NCBI GenBank assembly: GCA_026129095.1
Contig: JAHCIT010000009.1
Coordinates: 62,001 to 126,000, forward strand
Length of the DNA stretch: 64,000 nucleotides
Source: Deltaproteobacteria bacterium
GTDB taxonomy: Bacteria > JAGRBM01 > JAHCIT01
Direction: 5' to 3'
The notes under the pieces are model-generated. The model ran no database searches, was not told where the DNA came from, and was given only the letters and a program-made list of their open reading frames with translations. Below are positions 19,480-28,994 of this stretch, piece by piece. Made by a program: the position numbers and the translations under genes. Positions within the stretch are counted from its first letter, which is position 1, and each line of letters starts with the position of its first letter.

Positions 19480-19956
19480 ATGGATCACCCTACCTATCTC
19501 AAGCTGAAATCATTCCTGGAAGACCGCCCCATCTGCCGCGAGGCCGCCCGCCCCTTGAGCAAGTCGGCCGCGGTACGAATCTTCTTCACCGACCACGAGG
19601 ACGAGTACCAGTTCCGGATGCAGGACGGAATACCCCGGCTGGAACCCGGACAGGCTGAGAAGCCCGATTTCACGCTCAGGCTGCCGACAGGCGCGGTGGA
19701 TGACCTCATCAACCTTCCCGAGGAGACTATTCCCGCATTCGGCATCAAGCTGATGGAACTGGTCTGGACTGCTGCCCCGGAGCGGAAAATCTCGGCCACA
19801 ATTCACAACGGCCCGGTCAGGCTTTTTGCCCACGGGTATTTCGGCATCCTGGCCAAGGGCGGCATGCCGGTGATGCGCTACCTCGCCAGCCGGGGGTTCG
19901 GGCAGATCGGCACCATTCGCAAACGGATGAGCCAGCTCGTCAAACCGGTCGAATGA
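19480..19956 (+). CDS. Hypothetical protein, SCP2/sterol-carrier-like fold possible
   Basis: GQAEKPDFTLRL segment resembles SCP2 domains; start set at MDHPTY. Confidence 0.55.
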   Translation: MDHPTYLKLKSFLEDRPICREAARPLSKSAAVRIFFTDHEDEYQFRMQDGIPRLEPGQAEKPDFTLRLPTGAVDDLINLPEETIPAFGIKLMELVWTAAPERKISATIHNGPVRLFAHGYFGILAKGGMPVMRYLASRGFGQIGTIRKRMSQLVKPVE

Positions 19957-20042
19957 CCGGGACTTGAAGCCCTCTTGCGGACGGAATACAGTTTCGTCCG
20001 TTTCATCAGGGAAACCGGGTTCTAACGAAGGGGAATGGCGCT

Positions 20043-21200
20043 TTGAGCGAGGCCGCCAAAATACTCGAACCTCAGCGCAAGTACACCATCTTCGTCGTCG
20101 ATGACGAGGAACTGGTGACGTTCGCCATTGCCCGTGCACTGGGCCGCAACCCCCAGTATGATATCCACACGTTCAACGCCCCGGTGGAGGCTGCCCGCAA
20201 GGCTGCCACCATGCCGGTGGACATGGTGATCGCCGATTACATCATGCCGGGCATGACCGGCATCGAACTGCTGACGCAGGTCCGCCAGCTTCATCCCGCC
20301 GCCGCCCGGATCATGATTACCGCCTATGCTGACAAGGAAAGTGTCATCAAGGCGATCAACGATGTCGGGCTGTTCTTCTACATCGAGAAACCCTGGAACA
20401 ACGAGGATCTCCGGCTCGTCGTCCAGCGCGGCCTCGACCAGCGCGACCTCATCGGCCAGCTCGAAGACCGGGTTCGGGATCTGGAGAAGGCCAACAAGGA
20501 ACTGAAGGACGCACGGGCCGAACTGATCCGCCGCGAACGGCTGTCGGCCATCGGCACCATGGCCTCGTCCATCATCCATGACTTCAAGGGTCCCATGACG
20601 GCGATTCTGGGATTCAGCGAACTGCTGGCGATGGACGAGGTGCCCAAGGAGGACAAGGCCAAGATCTACGAAACGCTCAGGGGCGAGATAGACCGCATGG
20701 TGGGAATGACGGGCGACGTGCTCGCATTCACCCGCGGCGAGATCGCCCACGCGCCGGAACTCACGGATATCGGCGAGTTCCTTTCCAATACGACATCCGC
20801 GCTTTCCAAGCTGCTGGGAAACGCCTCGGTGGAACTGGTCCACGAGTTCAAAGTCCAGCCTAAGGTCCAGATCGATCCACAGCGGTTCCGCCGCGTGATC
20901 GAGAATCTCATCTCGAACTCCTGCGATGCCATGCAGGATGGCGGCAAGATTTTCGTCCGTGTCGTTCCCGACGAGGACGGGAAAATCCACGTTGAAGTGG
21001 AAGATACCGGACGCGGAATACCCCCGGAAGTGCGCGACAAGCTGTTCGAGCCGTTCGCCACGTTTGGCAAGGCGCACGGGACCGGCCTTGGAATGGCCAT
21101 CGCGCGCAAGGTCGTAGAGGCCCACGGCGGGACGATCGAACTGGTGGACAAGGATACGCCGGGCGCCATGTTCCGGATCACCATTCCCGCCAGCGGCTGA
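20043..21200 (+). CDS. Hybrid receiver-histidine kinase (cytoplasmic)
   Basis: REC (VVDDE, DYIMPGMTG, KPW) plus HisKA (IIHDFKGP) and HATPase (EDTGRG, GTGLG). Confidence 0.93.
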   Translation: MSEAAKILEPQRKYTIFVVDDEELVTFAIARALGRNPQYDIHTFNAPVEAARKAATMPVDMVIADYIMPGMTGIELLTQVRQLHPAAARIMITAYADKESVIKAINDVGLFFYIEKPWNNEDLRLVVQRGLDQRDLIGQLEDRVRDLEKANKELKDARAELIRRERLSAIGTMASSIIHDFKGPMTAILGFSELLAMDEVPKEDKAKIYETLRGEIDRMVGMTGDVLAFTRGEIAHAPELTDIGEFLSNTTSALSKLLGNASVELVHEFKVQPKVQIDPQRFRRVIENLISNSCDAMQDGGKIFVRVVPDEDGKIHVEVEDTGRGIPPEVRDKLFEPFATFGKAHGTGLGMAIARKVVEAHGGTIELVDKDTPGAMFRITIPASG

Positions 21201-21218
21201 TTCACGATCCATAGCCCA

Positions 21219-22667
21219 ATGCAAACCCCATCAGTAACCACCGATTCCTCGCTGGTTGACCGTTTCCCCGCGCCATTCCGAAAGCTATGGGACTGGTTTT
21301 TCACCCTGCCAGAGGGCGTCCACACCGACTGGCGTGCCTACTATGCTGCCGCCCGGATCCGGGTAATATTCGCCGTCACCTTCGGGTTCGTCTACTGGCA
21401 TTTCTATCTCACCAAGCGCAGTGATCCGTTCTATAACCCCGACGCACTCGACATCTTCATCTCCGTTGATGCTCCACTCAGGGTCGCCTGGTTCACGCTA
21501 AATTTCTGGACCCTGTACGCCGCCCGGCCAGAGGGAGCCCGCTGGCGGCACTTCGCCACCGTCGCCATCGAGGTGTTCGTCGCCGCCAACATCATCATCC
21601 ATATGGGGGCGACGTCATCGAGTTTCCTGTTCGTCTACGTAGTCCATCCCATGATATACCGGCTCGGCTTCGACCGGGTGACCACGATCCTCTCGGCAAG
21701 CCTTTGTGTGACTTGCGCCATGGGCGGCGCATACCTGTCAGTCACCGGTATCTATCCGGAAGCTGCTTTCTACTCCGACTTCACGCGGGAAACCCTGCAG
21801 AATCCGCAGGTAAGTTTTCTATCGATCGGCAATCTGGCCGGCGGGCTGTTCACTGGAATCGGCCTCGCCGAGTGGTCCCGGCACGTCCTCGACCTGCGCG
21901 AGCAGGAACTCCGGCGCGTGAACGTGGAACTGGTCACGGCGATGGACGAGATTGCCCGCCAGCAGAAACAGCTCGCCGAAGCCGGTGCGCTTGCCGCCAT
22001 CGGCGAATTCGTCCGCGGCGCCGCCCACGAAATCGGGAATCCTCTCGGATCGGCACACAGTCTCGTCAGCGGCGTCCGCGAGGATCTGGAGAGCGCGTCC
22101 GGCGAACCGCTGGACCCGAAGCTACGCGAGGAACTCAGTGGCACCCTGGCGATGGCGCTCCAGGGACAGGAACGGGTCCGTTCCATTGTGTCGGTGCTGC
22201 ACGCCCTCTCAATCCATACGGAAGTAAAGTCGAGCACGTTTGAACTGCCCCACGCGCTCAAGCTGGCGATTGATTCACCCGGCCCGGAAAAGCCGGCAGT
22301 CCGTCTGGATGGCGATATCCCGCCCGTCACCATCCATGGCAACTGCGACCAGCTTGGGGATGCCTTTGGGCGTATCATGCAGAATGCCCGCGAGTTTGGC
22401 CGTCAGGACGTTACCGTCAGGGCAGAGGTCACCGATGGCGGACGCCGGGTGCAGGTGACGTTCACGGACGACGGGCCGGGTTTCACCAGCGACATGCTGA
22501 AAAGCGCGCTGGAGCCGTTCTCGACAAGCCGCAAGGCGGACAAGAAGCATCTGGGGCTTGGCCTGTTCATCGCCCGCATTGTGGTGGGGCGCATGGGAGG
22601 GCTTGTCACCGTGTCAAACAGCCCCGAAGGCGGCGCCCGCGTCACCGTTGAACTGCCAGCGGGCTGA
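21219..22667 (+). CDS. Membrane-bound sensor histidine kinase
   Basis: Multiple TM helices, AHEIGNPL, DDGPG, HLGLGL. Confidence 0.9.
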   Translation: MQTPSVTTDSSLVDRFPAPFRKLWDWFFTLPEGVHTDWRAYYAAARIRVIFAVTFGFVYWHFYLTKRSDPFYNPDALDIFISVDAPLRVAWFTLNFWTLYAARPEGARWRHFATVAIEVFVAANIIIHMGATSSSFLFVYVVHPMIYRLGFDRVTTILSASLCVTCAMGGAYLSVTGIYPEAAFYSDFTRETLQNPQVSFLSIGNLAGGLFTGIGLAEWSRHVLDLREQELRRVNVELVTAMDEIARQQKQLAEAGALAAIGEFVRGAAHEIGNPLGSAHSLVSGVREDLESASGEPLDPKLREELSGTLAMALQGQERVRSIVSVLHALSIHTEVKSSTFELPHALKLAIDSPGPEKPAVRLDGDIPPVTIHGNCDQLGDAFGRIMQNAREFGRQDVTVRAEVTDGGRRVQVTFTDDGPGFTSDMLKSALEPFSTSRKADKKHLGLGLFIARIVVGRMGGLVTVSNSPEGGARVTVELPAG

Positions 22668-22674
22668 AACTCCC

Positions 22675-24267
22675 CTACGCGACGAGATAGGGCCGGACGA
22701 CCTCGGACCAGAAGGCATTGCCCTTGCGTTCATAGCAGTCGGCGAACGATTCGCTGGAATGGCGCTCGCGCATGAACACATCCAGCACGGAGCGTACAAG
22801 GTCCACGCATTTTTCGGGATAAACCGCCTTGGCGCAGACGTCGCCCACGCGGCCCGCGCCCTGCAGGTGGCCGCCGATGGCGATCTGGTAGGCCTCACGT
22901 TTCTTGCCGTCCACGTTCTTCACCAGCCCCATGAACCCCAGGTCCGCCGTATGGTGCTGGGCGCAGGCGTTCGGACAGCCGTTGATATGAACGCGGAAGT
23001 TGCGGAACACGACCGAATACCGCTGGTCGCCGCCGAAGGTGTCCATGATCCGGTGCGCCAGTTCGGGGCTCTCCGCCACGGCCTTGTTGCACAGCGTGGT
23101 GCCGACACAGGCGACTGTATCGGCCAGATGCGAGTGTCCGTTCACGTCAAACCCGAGCCAGCGGAGCTGGGCCGTCAGTTCGTTCGTGTCGGTCGTGTGA
23201 ACCCAGTGCAGTTCAAGGTTCTGACGGTTGGTGAAGGTCACCGTGCCGTCACCGTACTTGTCGGCAAGATCGGCCACACGGTAGAGCTGCGAGGCCGAAA
23301 GGTCGCCGCGCCTTACCAGCGCACGTATGATCATCCGGTCCCGCTGCTTCTGCGGGTAGATGCCCACGTATTCATCCGGCGGCTGGATGGCGCCGCCCTG
23401 CTCGATGGGTGAGGCCGGGATGATCTCGTTTGCGTCCACAGACTCTTCCTGCCGGATGTAGTCCATCAGCGTCTGGCGGAACTTCTCCACGCCCCACTCG
23501 GCCAGCACGAACTTCATGCGCGCCTTGGTGCGAACCTTGCGGTTCCCGTGGTCGCGGAACAGCTTCACGAACGCGCGGCTCACCGGGACGACGCTCTCGG
23601 CCGGGATGAAATCGAATACCGCTTTGGCGAGGATCGGCTTCGCACCCAGGCCGCCGCCGGCCAGCACGCGGAAGCCGTTCTCGGCGACACCTTCGGTCAC
23701 CTTGCGTGTGGCGATATAGCCGATATCGTTGATCTGCGGCTGCGCGCAGGAGGCCGAGCATCCGTTAAACGATATCTTGAACTTGCGCGGCAGGTTGCGG
23801 AGTTCCTCGCGCACGATAAGGTCGTCATGCACGGCCCGCACGTATGGGTTTATGTCGAACGCCTCGTGGGTGCAGATACCCGCCCACGGGCAGGCGACGA
23901 TATTGCGAACCGTGTCGCCGCAGGCATTTTTGGTGGTGAGGCCGAGCAGGTCCAGTTCTTCCATCACCTTGTGGACATTCCCGATAGTCACCCAGTGTAG
24001 CTGGATATCCTGCCGGGTGGTGAGGTTCATCACGCTGCGGGCGTACCGATCGGCAATGTGGGCGATACCCCGGGCCTGGACCGCCGTGACACGGCCGCCG
24101 GGAATCTTGATGCGGATCATGTAGTAGCCGCGGTGGAGCTGGTTATAGACGCCATCGAACTTGAAGAGGTTCCAGTCCTCCTCGGTGATGGCGGCATCCC
24201 CGCGCTCGGCCCAGCCGCGGAAGTTGTTGTCAAAGCCCTTTAGTTTGGCCCGTTCGACGTCGTTCAT
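22675..24267 (-). CDS. Ferredoxin-dependent sulfite/nitrite reductase (siroheme, 4Fe-4S)
   Basis: TTRQDIQLH, LPRKFKI, and ligand motifs CVGTTLC and GCPNACAQH. Confidence 0.92.
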   Translation of the reverse strand: MNDVERAKLKGFDNNFRGWAERGDAAITEEDWNLFKFDGVYNQLHRGYYMIRIKIPGGRVTAVQARGIAHIADRYARSVMNLTTRQDIQLHWVTIGNVHKVMEELDLLGLTTKNACGDTVRNIVACPWAGICTHEAFDINPYVRAVHDDLIVREELRNLPRKFKISFNGCSASCAQPQINDIGYIATRKVTEGVAENGFRVLAGGGLGAKPILAKAVFDFIPAESVVPVSRAFVKLFRDHGNRKVRTKARMKFVLAEWGVEKFRQTLMDYIRQEESVDANEIIPASPIEQGGAIQPPDEYVGIYPQKQRDRMIIRALVRRGDLSASQLYRVADLADKYGDGTVTFTNRQNLELHWVHTTDTNELTAQLRWLGFDVNGHSHLADTVACVGTTLCNKAVAESPELAHRIMDTFGGDQRYSVVFRNFRVHINGCPNACAQHHTADLGFMGLVKNVDGKKREAYQIAIGGHLQGAGRVGDVCAKAVYPEKCVDLVRSVLDVFMRERHSSESFADCYERKGNAFWSEVVRPYLVA

Positions 24268-24360
24268 GGTTCCCTGTGCTCCGGCCTGTCCGCGTGGACC
24301 AGCGGCTCCTTTAGGAGTCGCTTCTGTTTAGTAGATCAGCCGCCCGGACAGAAGGCGCCA

Positions 24361-24405
24361 ATACCTAACAGTTTTAGTTATATTTAGAACCATCCCTGAG
24401 TTCAA
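24361..24405 (-). promoter_or_regulatory. Promoter of the reductase gene overlapped by an Rrf2/IscR-like box
   Basis: Minus strand TTGAAC-N17-TATAAC; 24361-24385 matches the IscR type-1 consensus at 19/25 positions by my count. Confidence 0.45.
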
Positions 24406-24482
24406 GGGGTTGCCAAAGATAACTGGGCAACGGGACTCCCGTGGACAAGCGCCCGCCAAAGGGCCTAAATAAATCCTCAGCG

Positions 24483-24716
24483 ATGGCCGACAAGCGCAAA
24501 GCCTACCCCGAAAACCGGCCCGGCCGGTACTACGTGGACGACAACTGCATCGCCTGCGACGCCTGCGTGAATACGGCCCCGGAGTTTTTCGAAATGCACG
24601 ACAAGGGTTACTCTTTTGTCCGGAAGCAGCCCACTACCCCCGAAGAGACAGCCCTCTGCCGGGAAGCGCTTGAGGGGTGCCCCACCGAAGCGATCGGGGA
24701 TGACGGCGAGGAGTAA
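24483..24716 (+). CDS. Ferredoxin (single 4Fe-4S cluster)
   Basis: CIACDAC...CPTEAI. Confidence 0.9.
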   Translation: MADKRKAYPENRPGRYYVDDNCIACDACVNTAPEFFEMHDKGYSFVRKQPTTPEETALCREALEGCPTEAIGDDGEE

Positions 24717-24752
24717 GGTCCACCGTCCGGCAAAAGGAAGCCGCCTTTATTC

Positions 24753-25193
24753 ATGATCAGACGTCTCCAGGCCCTCGCATTTCTCGGCTGGCGGTTTTTC
24801 CTCCACTTCGTGAAACTCCTTTCCCCGTTCCACAAGCGGCCGGGGCTGGAGCAGTACCGCGAGAACTACACGAGCGAGGGACTGACGACGGTGTCGGCCA
24901 CCGAGCGCGAACGGTTCACCGGATTTGAAAAGTGCATCGCCTGCGATCTCTGCCTGCACGCATGGTTCACCGAAGGCGGACGCCGGTACGATCCGAGGGC
25001 TGCGACGCCGCGCGACCTCGCCCTGTGCCTCTCCCGCTCGATGCCCGACTACCCTTCCGCCCGTGCCATCGTGGACGGCTGGACCGGCATGGAGGGGTTC
25101 GAAAAGATATGCCCCCGCGGGGTGGACCTGCCGGGCATCGTCGAACTGATGCGCCGCCACATTGCCGCCTACGACGAAGCCACCGGCAAGTAG
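24753..25193 (+). CDS. Small Fe-S protein (degenerate dicluster domain)
   Basis: CIACDLC and a distal CPRGVD; the other ligands are missing. Confidence 0.65.
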   Translation: MIRRLQALAFLGWRFFLHFVKLLSPFHKRPGLEQYRENYTSEGLTTVSATERERFTGFEKCIACDLCLHAWFTEGGRRYDPRAATPRDLALCLSRSMPDYPSARAIVDGWTGMEGFEKICPRGVDLPGIVELMRRHIAAYDEATGK

Positions 25194-25206
25194 CAGCCAT
25201 CCGGCC

Positions 25207-26622
25207 ATGCCTGTTCACCAGAGCTATCCGCCCGTCACCCCGGAAACCATCGCACGGCTCCGGCAGATCGCCGGCAGTTCCCATGTCATGACCGACGATG
25301 AAACCGTGGATGACTACAGCCATGACGAGACCGAGGACCTCGTCTTCCGTGCCGCCGTGGTGGTGGAACCGGGAACCACTGAAGAAGTATCGGCAATTCT
25401 AAAGCTGGCTGCTGAAGCCGGAATCCCGGTGACCCCACGGGCGGGCGGCACCGGTCTGTCAGGCGGCGCGTTGCCGGTCCATGGCGGCATCCTGCTCTCG
25501 ATGAAACGCTTCAACCGGATTCTGGAGATCGACCGAGCGAACGTGATGGCGGTAGTGGAGCCGGGAGTTATCACCGAGGTCTTTCAGAATGCCGTCGAGG
25601 CGGAAGGGCTGTTCTATCCGCCAGATCCCGCCTCCCGTGGCTCCTGTCATCTCGGCGGGAACCTGGCCGAATGTTCCGGCGGCCCTCGCGCCGTGAAATA
25701 CGGCGTCACCAAGGACTACGTGCTGGGCCTGGAAGCGGTTCTTCCCAACGGCGAGATCATCCGCACGGGCGGCAAACTGCTGAAGAATGTCACTGGATAC
25801 AACCTCACGCAGCTGATTATCGGCAGCGAAGGAACACTCGCCGTCATCACCCGGATCACCTTCCGGCTCATCCCCCTGCCCCCTTGCCGCGAGACGCTGA
25901 TGGCGGCCTTCGATTCGCCGGAGGATGCCTGCCGCACCGTCTCATCCCTGTTCCTGGGCGGTGTCGTTCCGTCGGCCTGCGAATTCATGGAGCGTGACGC
26001 AGTGGAAAGCTCCTGCCGGCACCTCGGCCGGACGATTCCCAACCGTGACGCCGCCGCGCACCTGCTGATCGAGGTGGATGGCCCCGGACCTGCGGAAGTC
26101 CGTGCCCAGGCTGAACGTGTCGCCGAAATCGTCATGGTAGGTGGCGCTCGAGACGTGATCCTTGCCGACGGCCTCGCCAAGCAGAACGAACTCTGGGCGA
26201 TCCGGCGCGCTACCGGCGAGGCAGTCAAGAAGCGGGCGGTTTACAAGGAAGAAGACACGGTTGTGCCCCGGGCCGCACTCCCGGAACTGCTCCGGGGCGT
26301 CAAGTCGATCTGCTCCCGGTATGGCGTCACCAGCGTCTGCTATGGTCACGCCGGAGACGGCAATCTGCACGTGAACCTGCTGAAGGAAAACATCACGGAC
26401 CACGAGTGGAACGAGAAACTCCCACTCTGCATTGAGGAGATATTCCGTCACACCTGCAGTCTTGGCGGAACCATCTCCGGCGAACACGGGATCGGCTATG
26501 TGCAGAAACGATACCTGCCGATCGCCTTCACGGCAGCAGAGATGGCCATTCTCAAAAGCGTGAAATCCGCTTTCGACCCCAAGGGTATCCTGAATCCCGG
26601 AAAGATATTTCCGGACGAGTAG
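25207..26622 (+). CDS. glcD: FAD-linked oxidase, glycolate oxidase GlcD / D-lactate dehydrogenase family
   Basis: RAGGTGLSGGA, YPPDPAS, GSEGTL, GHAGDGNLH, SGEHGIG, LNPGKIF. Confidence 0.85.
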   Translation: MPVHQSYPPVTPETIARLRQIAGSSHVMTDDETVDDYSHDETEDLVFRAAVVVEPGTTEEVSAILKLAAEAGIPVTPRAGGTGLSGGALPVHGGILLSMKRFNRILEIDRANVMAVVEPGVITEVFQNAVEAEGLFYPPDPASRGSCHLGGNLAECSGGPRAVKYGVTKDYVLGLEAVLPNGEIIRTGGKLLKNVTGYNLTQLIIGSEGTLAVITRITFRLIPLPPCRETLMAAFDSPEDACRTVSSLFLGGVVPSACEFMERDAVESSCRHLGRTIPNRDAAAHLLIEVDGPGPAEVRAQAERVAEIVMVGGARDVILADGLAKQNELWAIRRATGEAVKKRAVYKEEDTVVPRAALPELLRGVKSICSRYGVTSVCYGHAGDGNLHVNLLKENITDHEWNEKLPLCIEEIFRHTCSLGGTISGEHGIGYVQKRYLPIAFTAAEMAILKSVKSAFDPKGILNPGKIFPDE

Positions 26623-26634
26623 GGAAGTCCGGCT

Positions 26635-28065
26635 CTACTTCGCCACTTCCACGGCGAACGAAACCGGCTGCCGGTGGATGGCGCAATATCCGGCGTCATC
26701 CTCGGTAGAGCAATAAAAGTAGAATACCGTGCCGGAAACCGGATACCGGCCCGGCTTTACCTCTGAAGCCACGGGAATGTTCGCCCGGAGTGACGGGATA
26801 TCCTCGTAGTAGGAGATGCCCAGCCCCTTCGCATCTGCATCTTCCCGGCTGATATCCCGGACTCGGAACCTCTCCTCGCCCAGCCCGATCCCCGGCGCGG
26901 GATCGGTCAGCAGGTAGGCCGATGGGTACTGGGGAACCTTGATCAGCTCGCTGGACCGCTCGAAGGCAATCTCGACGAGCGCCTTCCCGCCAGCCCGGAT
27001 GGCGGGGGGTGGAGCGATACTGAGCCGCAAAGGTTCTTCTTCCGGCATGGCACCACCCAGCGGATCGGCGTTTTTGTCCAGTAAGCTGCCACGTCTGCCC
27101 GGAACGACTTCCTTCAGTCCGCTGTCACGCTCGTTAGCCGCATCGTCGGATCCTGTTCCGGAACCGGCCGGTTCAGCGTCAGCTCCACCGTCAGGCTTTG
27201 GATCCGCCACTGGCTGGACAAACTCCGGCCAGATGAGCGGCTCGGTCAGGTCACCCGCAAACTGCCCATACAGATTCTGCGGATGGCGGTTATCCAGCCG
27301 CGGTAACCGCGTGTCCGGTCCCTGACGCCAGGTGAGCCCCGTGGACTGGAGATTGCCGATCATCACCCGCCCGAAGTTCTGCGTCCCGCTCACCACCACG
27401 ATGCGGCCGGATGGCCGGATGGCGTCAAGCCACACTTTAGGGAGCCAGTCGGCCGTAAAAGGCACGATAACGCGGTCAAAACCAGGCCGCCCGCTTTCAC
27501 CTGCACTCTCCGGCACGGCATTCAGCGTCATGGGGTCCGCGCAATGGAACCGCACCCCGCCCCTCGACTTGAGCGATGCGGCCGATTCGTAACGCCGGTA
27601 AGCCCGCTCCGATCTCTTGAGATAAGCACAGTCCGCATCAACCACCGTCACGAATGCCGGAACGATCCTGATCAGCGACTCCAGGTATCCGCCCATCGAA
27701 CCGATCAGGAGAATGTCGTGAAACTGGCCGATGTCGGCGAAGGCAATCAGGCGCGCCAGTTCGGGCATCCCGTAGATTACCCGCTGGACGCCAATCTCCA
27801 CCGGATGGTCACCATAGGATCCGCCCTTGCTCTCCGGCCCCAGGAAAAGCTCCTGCGGTACCTGGCGGAAAAGCTGGTTCACCCGGTCCGGCATGCCACG
27901 GGATTCCAGCAGCCGGAATACAGCCGCCTCTCGACGGCCCCGTTCCCGCTCAATCAGCTTCGGGCCGTCTCCGGAACAACCAGAAGACAGCAGCAGAAGC
28001 ATTGCAAACAGCAGCGGGCGTGTCAGGCGGGCAGGCACATCAGCAATCCGGTCAGGCAAGGTCAC
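26635..28065 (-). CDS. Lipoprotein: degenerate PIMT/PCMT-like domain fused to a DsbD-N-like Ig domain
   Basis: Lipobox LSSGC; VPQELFL..YGDHPVEIG..LLIGSMGGY..FDRVIV..IRPSGRIV follows the PCMT pattern; C-terminal YFYCSTEDDAGYC. Confidence 0.65.
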   Translation of the reverse strand: MTLPDRIADVPARLTRPLLFAMLLLLSSGCSGDGPKLIERERGRREAAVFRLLESRGMPDRVNQLFRQVPQELFLGPESKGGSYGDHPVEIGVQRVIYGMPELARLIAFADIGQFHDILLIGSMGGYLESLIRIVPAFVTVVDADCAYLKRSERAYRRYESAASLKSRGGVRFHCADPMTLNAVPESAGESGRPGFDRVIVPFTADWLPKVWLDAIRPSGRIVVVSGTQNFGRVMIGNLQSTGLTWRQGPDTRLPRLDNRHPQNLYGQFAGDLTEPLIWPEFVQPVADPKPDGGADAEPAGSGTGSDDAANERDSGLKEVVPGRRGSLLDKNADPLGGAMPEEEPLRLSIAPPPAIRAGGKALVEIAFERSSELIKVPQYPSAYLLTDPAPGIGLGEERFRVRDISREDADAKGLGISYYEDIPSLRANIPVASEVKPGRYPVSGTVFYFYCSTEDDAGYCAIHRQPVSFAVEVAK

Positions 28066-28910
28066 TGTTTTTTCTTTCCAGCCCCGGGTTTTGCCTCCCC
28101 GGTGTTGACAGCGTACTGGACCGAAACCAGTTCAAATGGATCGCCGTCGATCTGTCCATTTTCGTCGAAATAGGTCAGCACGATGCGCGACGGCAAGATA
28201 AATCCTTCTATCTCCACATAGTAGGGCCGGATCGTATAGTGCAGGTCAACGCTACCGACCCGCACCCCGAAATCCAGCTCGTCAAAAACCAGATTGCCCT
28301 TGAACGGAACATAAGTAGTCGTCGTCTGGAAGATTGCCTCCGGCCCGGCACCCTTGAGGACCGTTTTCCGGTAGTCCCTCGAAAAGGACTTCGTAAATGA
28401 ATCGATTCGGGTATAGGCCACCTTTTTGCGGCCCGTTACGGTCAGCCCTGATGCTGATTTTTCCGTCTGTATGTCAAAATCCCTGAAGAAAAATTCATGC
28501 TCATCCGGCACCACCAGGTTAGCCATCTGCTTATGGACGCCTTCATGCCGCTTGAGTTCCAGCGGGTCATACCCGGTCGGCCAGCCATCAATGGCAAAAC
28601 GGGTCCTTTTGTTGCCATCCCATGCGTAAAGACCTTCCAGACGGATCGAACTGGCGTCTATCGTGAGATCCGGATTACTCGCGCTTTCGGTGATAATCGT
28701 GGCCCTGAGCCGACCTTCGAGCTCTTTCACCTCAAACTGCGCCAATAGGCTCTTGAGTCCGCGCCTCTGCGGGTAGTAGTAGTGGGAATCGATTTCGGCA
28801 GCTATCCCTCTCCCCTGCTGGGCAGTAGCATTACGGGCCCCAGTGGCCACGGCCGCAAGGGATACCAGAGCCGAATTGTGAAGGAGCTTTCGCCGGGTGA
28901 GACGCGTCAC
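28062..28910 (-). CDS. Tat-exported hypothetical beta-rich protein
   Basis: TRRKLL followed by a hydrophobic stretch and ATA; its stop overlaps the start of the next gene (GTGA). Start uncertain. Confidence 0.65.
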   Translation of the reverse strand: MTRLTRRKLLHNSALVSLAAVATGARNATAQQGRGIAAEIDSHYYYPQRRGLKSLLAQFEVKELEGRLRATIITESASNPDLTIDASSIRLEGLYAWDGNKRTRFAIDGWPTGYDPLELKRHEGVHKQMANLVVPDEHEFFFRDFDIQTEKSASGLTVTGRKKVAYTRIDSFTKSFSRDYRKTVLKGAGPEAIFQTTTTYVPFKGNLVFDELDFGVRVGSVDLHYTIRPYYVEIEGFILPSRIVLTYFDENGQIDGDPFELVSVQYAVNTGEAKPGAGKKKQ

Positions 28911-28994
28911 GCCAACCCCCTGTAATTCTTGGTTAAAAGCGTAACCCATTTACTGGACTCTCCCAACCGTCCCCCCCTAAAATCTTTCGTGTAC

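Noticed and set aside
24268-24360. Known SAM/SAH riboswitch upstream of the reductase
   Set aside because: I could not match the conserved cores of these classes by eye.
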